Shown here: piece after piece, positions 51,721 to 64,000 of the stretch
How positions within the stretch are numbered: position 1 is the first letter of the stretch
Layout of the letters: every line of letters starts with the position of its first letter
Origin: Octopus sinensis
Lineage: Eukaryota
NCBI RefSeq assembly: GCF_006345805.1
Contig: NC_042997.1
Span: 66,960,001 to 67,024,000 of the forward strand
DNA: 64,000 nt
Direction of reading: 5' to 3'
Notes under the pieces: model-generated
What the model saw: only the letters and a program-made list of their open reading frames with translations
Told to the model about the DNA's origin: nothing
The model's database searches: none
Translations under genes and position numbers: made by a program

Positions 51721-52569
51721 TGGCGCATTACTTTTTAAAATACTCCACAAGGGTTTCGAAATTAACATTAAAGATGGAATCTAAAATTAAGTATCAAAAA
51801 TGAATTGTTAAAATAATCATAGGATTAAAATCCATAGCAACTATAACAAAAACATTTCTTTCGGGAAAAATTATTAACACACATTTCAATAAAAGTGAAT
51901 TTAAAAAATCAGGTTTACGGTAATATGATGATACAGGCACAATGTTGATTTTGTTCCAAAGGCTTTCCAGATTATTGATTTTTTTCAAACCAGAGGCGAT
52001 CACCTTGGTCAATACACTCTAAATTAAACAAATATTAAATTTACTTGAATAATTTAATGTACATTTGCATAAATGATACAAATTTATCAACACTGTACTG
52101 TGCAAGGTGCCAATAAACTAGTTTGGCAGCCGTGGGAACTTGAAGTTCCTGTTTGTAAATTAGTGTGGACTCTGAGGTGTTCCTGACCATCAGTGTCCGG
52201 AACGTCGGTGTTGTACCTGTATAGAGGTACAGCTGAAACGAAGATCTTGACATCAATTGCAAACTTCCGCAGAAGCCGTGATGTTGACAATCTGTCTCAG
52301 AAGAAAGGAAAAAAGAGGATTAATATTTGTGCAAACAACCTTTAAGTATTGTACGGTGTCACTCAGAGAGCATCTGTTAAACAACAGCAATTAATATATA
52401 TATATTTTCCGATTACCTCCCTCATGATCCTAAGACCACAGGAATTACAGGATAAACATACCTCAACATTGACCAACAAAATATATTTTGCATAACACAG
52501 AAAGGTTATGTATAGGTATGTCCCCCATAAACTTGAGGAGAATGATAATACTGATTTCAAATTTTGGCT

Positions 52570-52995
52570 CAAAGCTAGGAATTTTAGGGGAGGGGTAAGT
52601 CGATTACATTGACCCCAGTACTTGACTGGTACTTGTTTTATCGACCCTCAAAAAATGAAAGGCAAAGTCAACTTCGGTGGAATTTGAACTCAGAACGTAA
52701 AGATGAACAAAATACTGTTAAGTATTTCGCCCGGAGCGCTAATAGTTCTGCCAGCTCGCTGCCTTAAAGGGAAAAATAATATTGCTTTGAAATTTTGGCA
52801 CAAGGCCAGCAATTTCAGGAGAGGGGACAAATCGATTAGATCGACCCCAGTACATGACTGGTACTTATTTTATCGATCCCGAAAGAGTGAAAGGCGAAAT
52901 CAACGTCAGCGGAATTTAAACTCACAACGTAAAAACGGATGAAATATCGGTAAGCATTTTGTCCAGCGTACTAACGATTCTGCCAGCTCGTTACC
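52570..52995 (-). mobile_element. Two adjacent SINE family A copies
   Basis: Repeated TGGTACTT.TTTTATCGA..GAAAGGC.AA.TCAAC.TC.G.GGAATTT.AACTCA at about 52625-52700 and 52860-52930. Confidence 0.75.
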
Positions 52996-53844
52996 TTGGA
53001 GAATCATAATATTAACCTGCAATATGGCATCTTTTGGATTGGAGACCAATACATCTTGTCACTTTTCGAAGGTTCTACTTTTGATATCCTAGAGTAAGAA
53101 ATAGCTACAAACTACTTGATGTACAATAGAGACAGAAAAGCTATTAAACTACCAAGATGCAACCGAAAAGGTTGCTTATACCACATTTCTGTGGAAGATA
53201 TTACATATTGATTAGAAGCTGCCTAAAAATATCTTAAGACTACTGCCATTGTGGCATAACACAGCTGTTGCTAAAAAATATATATAATGCCATCCGTAGA
53301 AAAGACTGCATTGAGATAAATATAGACAATGTTTCTGTTTTTCCAACAAAACTTTCGTTAAGTTACAGACCTAATGCAGTTGTTAAATCAGAAAACAAAG
53401 GTCATGTATAATCATATTAGCAATGGAGAGAATATTTAATGACAAATGCTTCAAAACCTTGAGCTTGTCTACCCATATTATAAGTTCGCATTTATACCCA
53501 AAACTGTTGACGCTCTCGGTCCTGTTTTAGTAAGTATTTAAGTGCTAATTACCAAAGTTCCCAGTTTTATGAAGAAGAACAATAAAAATATGCAAGACTT
53601 TTTGAAAGTTCAGCGTAATACTTATGATTTTTGTTATGCAAATTCTAGCAATATTTTGTGTGTGTGTGTGTGTGTTGATAAAGGGCCTTAAAATCCGAGC
53701 TGTACTTCCTCTGCGAATACCGGTTATCAAATGTATATACATAAATAATAGTATGTCTTAAAAAAAGAAAACTATTGATACTAGTTGAAATTCGGGGTCA
53801 GATAGATCAGTTGCAAAATATGAATACATTAAATCAAAGACTGG

Positions 53845-53902
53845 AATGTATGTATGTATGTATGTATGTATGTATGTATGTATGTATGTATGTATGTATG
53901 TA

Positions 53903-53937
<35 letters not shown>

Positions 53938-54093
53938 ATGTATGTGTGTGGTGTGTGTGTTTGTATGTATGTATGTATGTGTGTGTGTGTATGTATGTAT
54001 GTATGTATGCATGTATGTATGTATGTATGTATGTATGTATGTGTGTGTATGTATGTATGTGTGTTTGTATGTATGTATGTATGTATGTATGTA

Positions 54094-54150
<57 letters not shown>
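53845..54150. repeat. Compound (TATG)n/(TG)n microsatellite; similar arrays at 28200-28380 and 50995-51137
   Basis: Directly visible. Confidence 0.98.
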
Positions 54151-54152
<2 letters not shown>

Positions 54153-54489
54153 CTGCAGTCTACCAAACTTCATTCAATGACTGTTTGTCAACTAGATGGG
54201 GTTAAGTTGCAAGGCAGAAGGAACGAACTCGGAATCCCATAGTTGCAAAACTCCACGACCATATTCATGTATGAATGTGTGTGTCGGCGTGTGTTAGCGT
54301 CTTTGTTTCAATAAAACATGTCCCTGCAAGCATCCTCTTTGATCTTGAATATTAACCTCATCAAACTCATTTGCCGGGAAGAATCTGTAAAGGTCGTGCT
54401 TATTACTATTTGTTCTTCTGACCCATCAATGTGTGCGTTTGTGGTGAAAGAGAGAGACAGACAGAGACAGACAGACAGACAGACAGACA

Positions 54490-54524
<35 letters not shown>

Positions 54525-55217
54525 GAGAGAGAGAGAGTGTGAGAGAGAGAGAGAGAGTGTGAGAGCATGTGTGTGTACGTGAGTAGTATAGAATGTTTAT
54601 GGCTTATGTCAGAGGTGCAAGGAGCAAAGTGCAGATAATCCCTTCTTTTAACTGTAGTCATACACTTCTTCCTCCCACCTCATTCTTGTTTTTCATTTTT
54701 TTTCATTTCCATTCTTACATCTAAAGGAATAAGACATTTTTTTTGCTCTTTCAAAAGCAGTTCTTTCCTGGTGTTTTATTTTTACTACATATTTGCTGTG
54801 GGTAATTGTAAATTGCTGCCGCTGTTGGATTTATCTATAATTTAAGATATCTGGAAAGAAGCGAACGACTGGAAATGAAGGTTGTAATGCGAAAAGGAAA
54901 CATAAAAAGGTCCCACTGAATATTAAACTTGATGTTTTCAAAAGACTTGATGCGAGAGAACAATCAACCACATTACGAAAACATTAAAGCTGGCAACGTC
55001 TACAGAGTGAGCAATACATGACAATACGAAAAAATTAGGGACGTCGTTAATTTGTCGGACTTCGATATTTCATAGAATTGTGATGCTTAAAATAGAACAG
55101 CTACTTATTGTATGAATCAAGAACCAGATTCAAGGATTTGTGCTGATAAGCGTGATGGTGATTAAACACGTGAAAAGTTTATAAGACGATTTTCAGAAAA
55201 AAGAAGATGAAATACTG

Positions 55218-55540
55218 CATTTCGGGAATTTATTTTTGTCAAATAAACACACGCACTATATGTTCATTTTTTACTTCAGATTTATTATTATTCTTATTTT
55301 ATGTCCATTGTCTGGAAATCTTTCAGATAAGGATACGCACCATAAAAAGACAGAATAGACTAAGCAGAACAGAGGGAGACATGTGGGATGGAGAGTCACT
55401 GAAGAGGTCACAGGAAGTGTGATGAAAGATTTCTTGACAAAAGTCATAAAAACAATGATAAATCTGAAGTGAAGAAAGAATATATATAGTGTGTGTGTTT
55501 ATTTGGTATAAAAAAAAAGAAGATAACCATCCCGAAATAT
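55218..55540. repeat. Old degenerate inverted repeat
   Basis: 55218-55325 versus 55423-55540, reverse-complement similarity. Confidence 0.6.
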
Positions 55541-55589
55541 AACAATGTGTTTCAACACACGATTTCACATCAGGAATCTTGCAAAACAA

Positions 55590-55720
55590 ATACATAAACA
55601 GAAGATGAAACTTTTAGCGAAAATCTCTTTTCTGGGTAGTAAAGGCTGGTTTGAAAGCTTTAGGAAGCTCTTGAATTTGCATAGCGTAAAATTGATTGAG
55701 GAAGCTACAAAGGCTGTTGG
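55590..55720 (+). pseudogene. Pogo/Tigger (CENP-B-type HTH) transposase fragment
   Basis: FLGSKGWFESFRKLLNLHSVKLIEEA matches the pogo F.ASKGWF..F motif. Confidence 0.65.
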
Positions 55721-55891
55721 TGGCTGTTGGCGGCAGCCGTGGGTATATTTTCCTAAAATGTATTATTGTTGCTGTTTAGTTTCAACTCAGTCCTCAAAAC
55801 AATTAATTCAACATTAAAATAAACACATGCACGCACGCTTGCGTACACACACACGCACACACACGCATATATATAAATATATGTATGTATG

Positions 55892-56005
<114 letters not shown>

Positions 56006-56225
56006 TGTATGTAATGGGATTGCAGTTTCTCAAATTGGTAACGATAGATAAAAAGCCAAGGAGCGGCTTTTGGCTCATAAGAACGCAAAGTTTTTGAATT
56101 CATAAAATTTATCGAAGTTTCTATAAGAGCGAAATTACAGATCATATTCCGATACTTTACAATCTTCGTTTGCGCGAAATTCCTTAACTTAAAGTTACAG
56201 TAATGCGGAGGATGTCTGCATTTTG

Positions 56226-56612
56226 CCTTCGGAGAACACTTTCTCCTTTTAGACGACATGTATTAACAATACACTCGCTTCATGAATGTGGGTGTACTTT
56301 GAGACACCAGTGTTTCGACTTCAATGTACCAAGTCGAACATGTACAGCATTGTTTTGACTCTCGATGTTTTACGTACTCATGATAATATATTAACAACTT
56401 GGCAGCCATCAGCACACATCAAGAAATAATTTGTTTACTGAATTTGATAAACAAGAAGAACCATTCTTATTTGATTTCATTGAGTCAGAGTTAGCTGTGA
56501 CTGAAGTACCACAATAAAATCAAAACATTGGTGTCTCAAAGTCCACCTACGTCAATAAATCATGTGTATTGTCAACACATATCATCTGAAGGGAGAAAGT
56601 GTTCTCCGACGG
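56226..56612. repeat. Fold-back element, about 90-bp imperfect arms
   Basis: 56226-56315 versus 56523-56612 (CGGAGAACACTTTCTCC; ACTTTGAGACACCA). Confidence 0.75.
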
Positions 56613-56849
56613 TTTAATACAACACATGCTGGAAACTGCTTATTATGATCACATTTTGTACTTATTTGATAACAATAGCCGGGTGAGAGTATGACTTAAT
56701 TAAGAGTTTGGAACCCGCTAATTTTGAAATCAATAATCAATTAATAACCTTAACAGTTATTATATAAACAGCATATATATATATACAGTATACACACGCT
56801 CATAATCTAAGCTGTTTATTATAATCACTGTTAAGATTATATATATATA

Positions 56850-56959
<110 letters not shown>

Positions 56960-58660
56960 ATGCAGGGGGGGGGTGATCCCTGCTGTACTCTTTCACCACT
57001 CTTTCTCCCACTCTTTCTTCTGTTGGCCTGCTCGCTTAGCCAGCGGGGTGGAGTCATTCGAAGGCTAAAACAATGCGAACGCATTGTGACCAGCGATGTG
57101 TAACTACATCTGATGGACTGGTCGGTCACGTGATGATAGTGATATGTATATGTATATATATTAATATATATACATACATTTTCATAAATCTTTGGAATAT
57201 ACATTTGTTATTCAAACAAAATTTTTTACTATTATCTTGCAATGTAAAGTTTTGTGTTTAAATTTAAAACGAAAGTATTTAGTTAAAATCTTCATTTTAT
57301 TTTGTTTAAATATTAACTTTAGCGACAAAATGATTGTTTTAAAAAGTGTAGTACATTTGCATATGCATACACACAGATGTACAAAAATATATATAGAAAG
57401 ACGGGGAAAACGAGAGAGAGGGAGAGAGTGGAAAGAGAGAGAGGGAGAGAGACACACACACACACTGGGAGAAAGAATGAGAGAAAGGAAGGGGGAGAGG
57501 AGTGAGAGAAAGTGGGCGAGAGAGTTGGCATTACATAAGATTTTATAAAGTCAATCCAATATATTTGTCATACAATGAGTATTTATTTTACGTCCATATG
57601 AATGTTTCATACAACTTGAATATCTAAGATTTGCCAATAATGTAAATCAAAATTAAAATTTTATTTCCTCTCTGGATTTAATAACTTTTTTCAATCACAG
57701 CTTAGTCTGTGGACCAACATGCGTTGCTGACACATCTGTAATTTAGACTTGTTTACATTATTGAGGGGTCAATTCCGTGGTTCTTTCATTACCTCGACTT
57801 GTGCAGTGAAGTTTATGCTTCGTTGAGGAAGTCTAAGAGGGCTGAGATATGTGCTGAGTTGTCTCCCATACTTACGGAAAGGTAAATAACTTCTAATTAG
57901 ATTTCTGGTGATCACTACATTGAATATGTTAACATTAACTCAGCTATTGTATTTTAGACAGTTCGACTAAAAAAATACAGTTACTCAAACACGCATTCAA
58001 AAATATAATTGACTTTTTCTGTGTTCCCTGTATTACTCTCTGGTGATTTGGATATTCATAATAATACTTGTATTAATGTTTGCTTACTCTTCTGTACATC
58101 GTTTGCAAAGGTTTTCGACACATAAAATCCGCTTTGCCATATTTACTCTTTTTATCACTGCGTTGCGTCATCTGCTTCCATTCCTCCCGTCCTCCGTTTC
58201 CTTATGCATGGCATTCTGAACATGAAAATTTATTGATTTAAATGATAAGATTAGGTTTCAGTGGTTAAGGTTAAATATTTATGATAAACTAACAAAAGAA
58301 TGAAAAATATTTTCGCTGTTATCTGAAAATGATGTATGCAATGAAATGTATGACGTAATGACAAAGAGGCTTGTAGACACACTTTATCAAATACTAAGTT
58401 GGAGCAACAGACATATTTCATGAGCAGCAGATAAGGAAAAACAGCTTCATTCTGTGTTATGATTTTCTTGTTGGTATGTCGTTGCTGTAATTTCGAGTGA
58501 CCTTGGTGAGATTTTTCTACGTTGACTCGAAGTAAACTTGACTGTGGTTGTTTGCCCCATGATCAGACAGACTATATTGTCTTTTGTATCAGCAACTAAA
58601 TAATCACTCACTTTCTCTTTCACACACATGCACATGCACACATACACACACATACACGCA

Positions 58661-58724
<64 letters not shown>

Positions 58725-59822
58725 CACACACACACACGCACACACATGCACACATGTTTAGAATTATGATATAATTAGCATGAATTAATTTTGACAGCAA
58801 ATATAACATTTAATTTTAATAAAGATTATATTTAAGCTTTGTTGAGTTGAAACTGCTCCCAGAGGTTTAAGTTCTATTTGAAACTAAATGTTTAAATGCC
58901 AATTCTTCTGCTTCGATATATATTAAAAAAAAACTTGTGTTACAAGTGTATAAATTGTAAATTTATATTTCCATCCATGAATTCATTTTCTCCAACCCAT
59001 TTTTCCTGGAAGGGTTGAAGGTGAAGAGTCCTCGGATACCTCATCCATAGTGTCATATCAGGAGCAACCGTTATTACAATTTCCTTATTCTCAATTACTA
59101 ACGTTTGCTCCCACTTGGACCCACTTCAGGGACTTGGGACACGCATTTATTGTGCTCCTATCTCACTTCTCTCAGAATAAATCGCAGGTTTATTACTGGT
59201 TGTATCGGTATTTGGTGGAGACTACCTGAGGTCCGAACGCATCACTTGTTAACCTGCGCGACGGACTTTGTGGTAAAGACTTTATATCTAACAGTAATTA
59301 TTTCGCATCACATGTAATAATATTCCTCTGGACTTATGAGAGGGAAGGACTCAGCTGGTTCATCGGTATAGGGTTCGGTGTACAGAAAGCCACGGAAACG
59401 CCTGCGACTATCCACTGAGTCCTTCTCTAAAATAATAAATAAAATAAAAATGACGAAACAAGTCAACAACCTCGAATTTTGAGTTGATAATTCTGCCCCA
59501 TCTCGTGGCCCGAAAGTAGCTTTGTTTCGTTTTGACAAATTTCCTTTAGGAGATCTAATTGTTCCTCTTGTCGCCAATACAATTTCGGTTTTTCGACTTT
59601 AGTTTCAGTCTGTCTTCGATAGAGAACCGTAGAGGCTGGATATTGTCGCTCATAGCAGGCAAAGCTCATTCAGTGTAGTCATATGTATTCACCCGACTTC
59701 CAATGTTTTTTTGTTGTTAAAATAATGTTATTGAAATAACTTTAAAGACAGATTGAAATAAATAATTAAATAAATGAAATCAATTAACCTGTCTGCTTCC
59801 TAAGTTTTTTCTTTAAAATGTA

Positions 59823-60280
59823 GGTGCAGGAGTGACTGTATCGTAAGAAACTTGCTTCCCAACCACATGGTTCCGGTTTTAGTCCCACTGCATGATGCTT
59901 GGGCAAGTCTCATCTTCTATACCTCGGGCTGATCAATGGGTTGTGAGTGGATTTGACGGACAGAAACTGAAAGAAGCTTATATGAGTGTGTGTGTGTGTG
60001 TGTGTGTGAGTGTGTGGGTGTGAGTGTGTGTGTGTTTGTGTCTTTATATCTGTATTTGTCCTCCCCCACCATCGCTTGGCAATCGGTGTTGGTGTGTTTC
60101 CGACCTATAACTTAGTGGTTCAGCAAAAATAACCGATAGAATAAGTACCAGGCTTTAAAACAGGTTTTAATTAAAACAAGTACTAGGGTCGATTCATTCA
60201 ACTGAAAATTCTTCAAGGCTGTGCCCCTGCATGGTCACAGTCTAATGACTGACCCAAGTAAAAGATAAACGATAAAAGAT
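59823..60280 (+). mobile_element. Complete SINE family B with internal (TG)n linker
   Basis: Head GTGCAGGAGTGACTG..GGTTCCGGTTTTAGTCCC, (TG)n at about 59985-60035, tail AGTCTAATGACTGA..AGTAAAAGATAAA. Confidence 0.8.
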
Positions 60281-60822
60281 TAATATGAAAGATGGAATCA
60301 AATACAGATATAGTAGGGCCTAACATATGTAATATAGGGAGTCTAAAGCTACTTTGCAGTCTTCAGCTTTTAGCTTTGTTGCTAAAGGAACAAATATGTT
60401 ATATCTTGGTTGTCTTATTCCCACTCTCATTTAAACATTACATGAGTCCCCAACAGATCGAGGGTGAGGGTCGTCAAAAGCATTTAATGCTAACGCTAGT
60501 ATTTCATCTACCTCAATTACTTTAGCATCTTTTATTGCTTTTATTGCGTTTCTCTACTTCCTGAAAAATTTTGTTTCCATCAGCAACTTACAGCTAGCTG
60601 TAATCCACTCATCATCAAACTGCATGTTTCCATTTTTGTTCTTAATATTACCACTTTATTTACTCATGCATTTATTGTTTGTGAACTCATTAATTTTTGT
60701 CTCCGGTTATATGCTCACCCAACCATTTCCTCATCCAGCCATTTGTCTTTCAGCAATATGCTCATTCAGCCATTTCATTTTTTATTTCTTCTGTATTCAG
60801 AAAAGGTCTCTCTATGTAGTAT

Positions 60823-60948
<126 letters not shown>

Positions 60949-61416
60949 TAAGATGTCGCGCAGTATCCAATATCGTGATGTTGTTGGTTGAAGATTTTGT
61001 GTCTACCAGGGGTTTATACTGTCTGTCAAGTCACAACAAGGACCTCAGAGAGACAGTACTTTACGCAATATGCGTGCAGTTCCAAGTAAGGTCGATTTTT
61101 TGCAATATACCTAGACTGTAGGCTATTTCTAAAGTTTCCAGATGTTTCTTCAGGTTGCGTGGTATTGAACCCAATGCCCCAATGACAACTGGGACAATTA
61201 TTATTATTATCAGAAATGCACATATCGTCAACCATTAAGGGACATGCTCAACTGGTTAAGGTGAAACAACTGACAAACAAATCTGTGGTATTGAGCAGAA
61301 TATTTGCTGTAGCAAATCTTTTATACCAAGACAAAACGATGTACATGATAACACTTCCAATCAGTTAAGATCAGAAGCCACGGGAGCCACTGCCTAGTAC
61401 TGCATCAGGGCATTTA

Positions 61417-61460
<44 letters not shown>

Positions 61461-62024
61461 GAACCGTTGAGGTCGACTTTGTCTTTCATCCTTTTGGGGT
61501 CGACTAAATGAGTACCAGTTACACATTGGGGTTGATGTAATCGATTTAATCCCTTCCACCGAATTCGAGGCCTTGCGCTTCCAGTAGAAAAAAATTATTA
61601 TTATCATATCTTGATTTGTATTCTTGTATTTCCTGCTTCCATATTTGATAACATTTCAAGTTTTCTTAACCTCTTTTTCCATTTCAAGTAGTGCTTTCCT
61701 TTGTGTTGTTTGCATGCAAATGTTAATTCGTTCTTTACTATATGATTCTTGTATTTCTTCGTTGTGTAAATATTCCTACTTGTCTCGGTTTTTCCCATTA
61801 TATTTCTGTTTGTAATCTATCAGTTTTAACAGGTTTAACTTTCAATTGTTCTCATCCTTTGGCTATATTAATTTTCTTAAGTTTGATTCGTAATTTAATT
61901 ACTACTAGATTAAGGTGTAAATTGATATCTGCTCCAAAATATGTTTTTTAAAGTTTCATACAGTTTCTAAACATTTGTTTTTATAAGCATATAGATTTTT
62001 TTAGATTTTTTTACTTGTTTCATT

Positions 62025-62203
62025 TATTGGCCATGCTGGAGCACTAACCTGAAGGATTTTCAGTCGAATGAATCGACTCTAGTACTTATTTTTGTTTCTA
62101 AGCCTGTTACTTATTCGGTCTGTTTCTTTTACCGAACTGCAATGTTACGGGACGTAAAGAAACTAACACCGGTTGTCAAGCGGTGGTGGATGACAAACAC
62201 AAA

Positions 62204-62240
<37 letters not shown>

Positions 62241-62360
62241 TGGGCTTGTTTCAGTTACTGTCTCCCAAATCCACTTACAAGGCTTTGCTCAAAGTACCAC
62301 GCAGTGAGACTGAAACCAGAACCATGTGGTTGGGAAACATTCTTCTTACTACACCACTTC
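62025..62360 (-). mobile_element. SINE family B with internal (CA)n linker
   Basis: Reverse complement of the 59823-60280 architecture. Confidence 0.7.
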
Positions 62361-62699
62361 ACCTTGTTATATCATTTAAATTCTTTCATGATCTGTAATT
62401 TTCTTAGTGTTTGTTGAAACAGACTACTAACTTGTTTCTTTGCCAACAACGATCCAGTCGATCCCCTCTTTCACTTCTTTCACTTAATCCATACTAGCAT
62501 AATTACTGGTGGTTTTTTTCTCTGCTGACGTTTAATTTAAAATCACTTATTGTGGTTTCTTTAGCTTTGATATATTTAATATACTTTTATATTTTTGTTT
62601 TTTTTTCTTGTAGTTTCATCACAATCATTCTGTCAAAAATTATTCCCTATCTAATTAATTATTTTGTTATTGCGTTTCATTATGATTTGTACTACTAAG

Positions 62700-63085
62700 G
62701 TGGAGAGCTGGCAAGTTCACTAACACGCCGGACAAAATACTTAGCGATATTTCATCTTTACTTTCTGAGTTGAAATACCATCGAGCCCGACTTTGTCTTT
62801 CATCTTGTCGAGATCGATAAAATAAGTACCAGCTGAATACTGGAGTTGATGTGATCGACTTATCCACAGCTCTAAAATTGCTGGCCTTTTGATAATATTT
62901 AAAACCATCAAGATTCTTAGTCTTGAGTCGGCGAACTGGCAGAATAGTTAGAGCGTCAGGCAAATAAGTGTCTGTTTCTTGATACTCTGAGTTCATATCC
63001 CGCAAGGGCCAACTTTGCCTTTCATTCGATACAACAAAGTGCCAGTCTAATCCCCTTCCCTCAAAATTGCTGGCCTTGTGTCCAA
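62700..63085 (+). mobile_element. Two adjacent degenerate SINE family A copies
   Basis: GAGCTGGCA..ACTTTGTCTTTCATC..GATAAAATAAGTACCAG and GGCGAACTGGCAGAA..ACTTTGCCTTTCATTC. Confidence 0.65.
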
Positions 63086-64000
63086 TTAGAAAACCATTGT
63101 AATTCTCACTGCTTATTTTACACTCACTGTTCACCAGAATACAACACTGTAATTTCACTTCCAATTTTGCCATCATCTATTTCTCTATTTTCAAATATTC
63201 CCATGGTTTCAATATTCACAGTTTTTGATTTCCTGTATAAGACTGTCAAATTTTCTCGGCTCTGTAATGGTTTTGTGACCTAAATTCTTACATGTAAGAT
63301 TTGTTCTTTGTTTTCCCGGTATGAATTCCAAACAATAACATTCAATAAATGTTTGGGTTACAATCAATCATCGTCAGCTGTCTCTCCCTCTGAGGAGTTC
63401 ATTTCATCTTCTCTGCAGTTCGTTCCTGGATCAGTTGCAGTGGAGTGAGCGAAATGTTTTTATTCCACAGGTCTCACACGTTTGTATTTAAAAGAGAAAG
63501 GCTGCTCAATGTTGAAATGCCTTTCATCAGAGGCTTTTAAAAAGAATACGTTGGAGAATGTGGTCCAAGTTTCGTCACATATAAGGAAAGACAAACTAGT
63601 TATAACTGGAATATTTAAATAGGACAGACCTGGGGCTAAACAAGATCAACGCTCTGAAAACATTGATAAAATCTAAGTCCACATCTGATTTGAGAGAACA
63701 GTTACATGTAACTGAAGAGAGTGGAAAACCTCGGTGTTACAATTATCAATGCATAAACTGCTTGTAAACTTTTTTGCCGACATCGGTTCTGCCGCGACAA
63801 CAACCTCAGTATCACCCCTAACAGCAAGAAAGACAAATTAAGTAATGGCCGTATCATTATTAACAATAGCAGTAGCAGGGTTAACTGCGTCAACATCGCA
63901 ACGTACTAACCCTTTAGCTTTTCTATTACATTATCAAATGTATTGCTTATTTATTCACATTGTTTTGAATTAATCATGCATTACTTCATAGCTGTGGGAA

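Noticed and set aside
55393-55437. Hammerhead candidate CTGAAGA..GAAA
   Set aside because: Stem II is out of register, and no NUH site is compatible with stem I pairing.
58351-58358. TGACGTAA as a CREB autoregulatory site
   Set aside because: An imperfect CRE 45 kb downstream of the gene; expected by chance in 64 kb.
63490-63535. Minus-strand CTGATGA with an AAGGC/GCCTT stem
   Set aside because: No GAAA or stem III follows.
63150-63620. Possible coding exons near the window end
   Set aside because: Short open stretches on both strands with no recognisable motif or consistent splice pair.

Overview
AT-rich, microsatellite-dense animal genomic DNA. The SINE/RTE-LINE/mariner repertoire and the CREB sequence suggest an octopod cephalopod (inference; no database check). 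The only host gene I can support is the 3' end of a CREB/CREM/ATF1-family bZIP factor on the + strand: coding exons 7621-7774 and 12476-12620, followed by a U-rich 3' region. Its basic region has Ser where CREB normally has Arg (human R298). Most of the rest is nested mobile DNA: RTE LINEs with a PHD finger inside the RT, a non-autonomous LTR element with a tRNA-Trp primer site, a probable solo LTR, two full-length decayed mariners, two Helitrons sharing termini (one with a nearly open Rep/Pif1-helicase frame), a 5'-truncated Penelope-like (GIY-YIG) element, tRNA-derived SINEs and several fold-back elements. The most striking unannotated signal is a set of four type-I hammerhead ribozyme motifs, plus one weaker variant, within about 17 kb (33.6-50.3 kb). 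Their flanks are unrelated, each has a different self-complementary stem III (ACCGGU, ACACGUGU, ACAGCUGU, ACUAGU), and they sit in (TA)n-embedded or inverted-repeat-flanked cassettes, one directly downstream of the Penelope-like ORF. All alignments and folds were done by eye. Most short ORFs in the supplied track are microsatellite artefacts.
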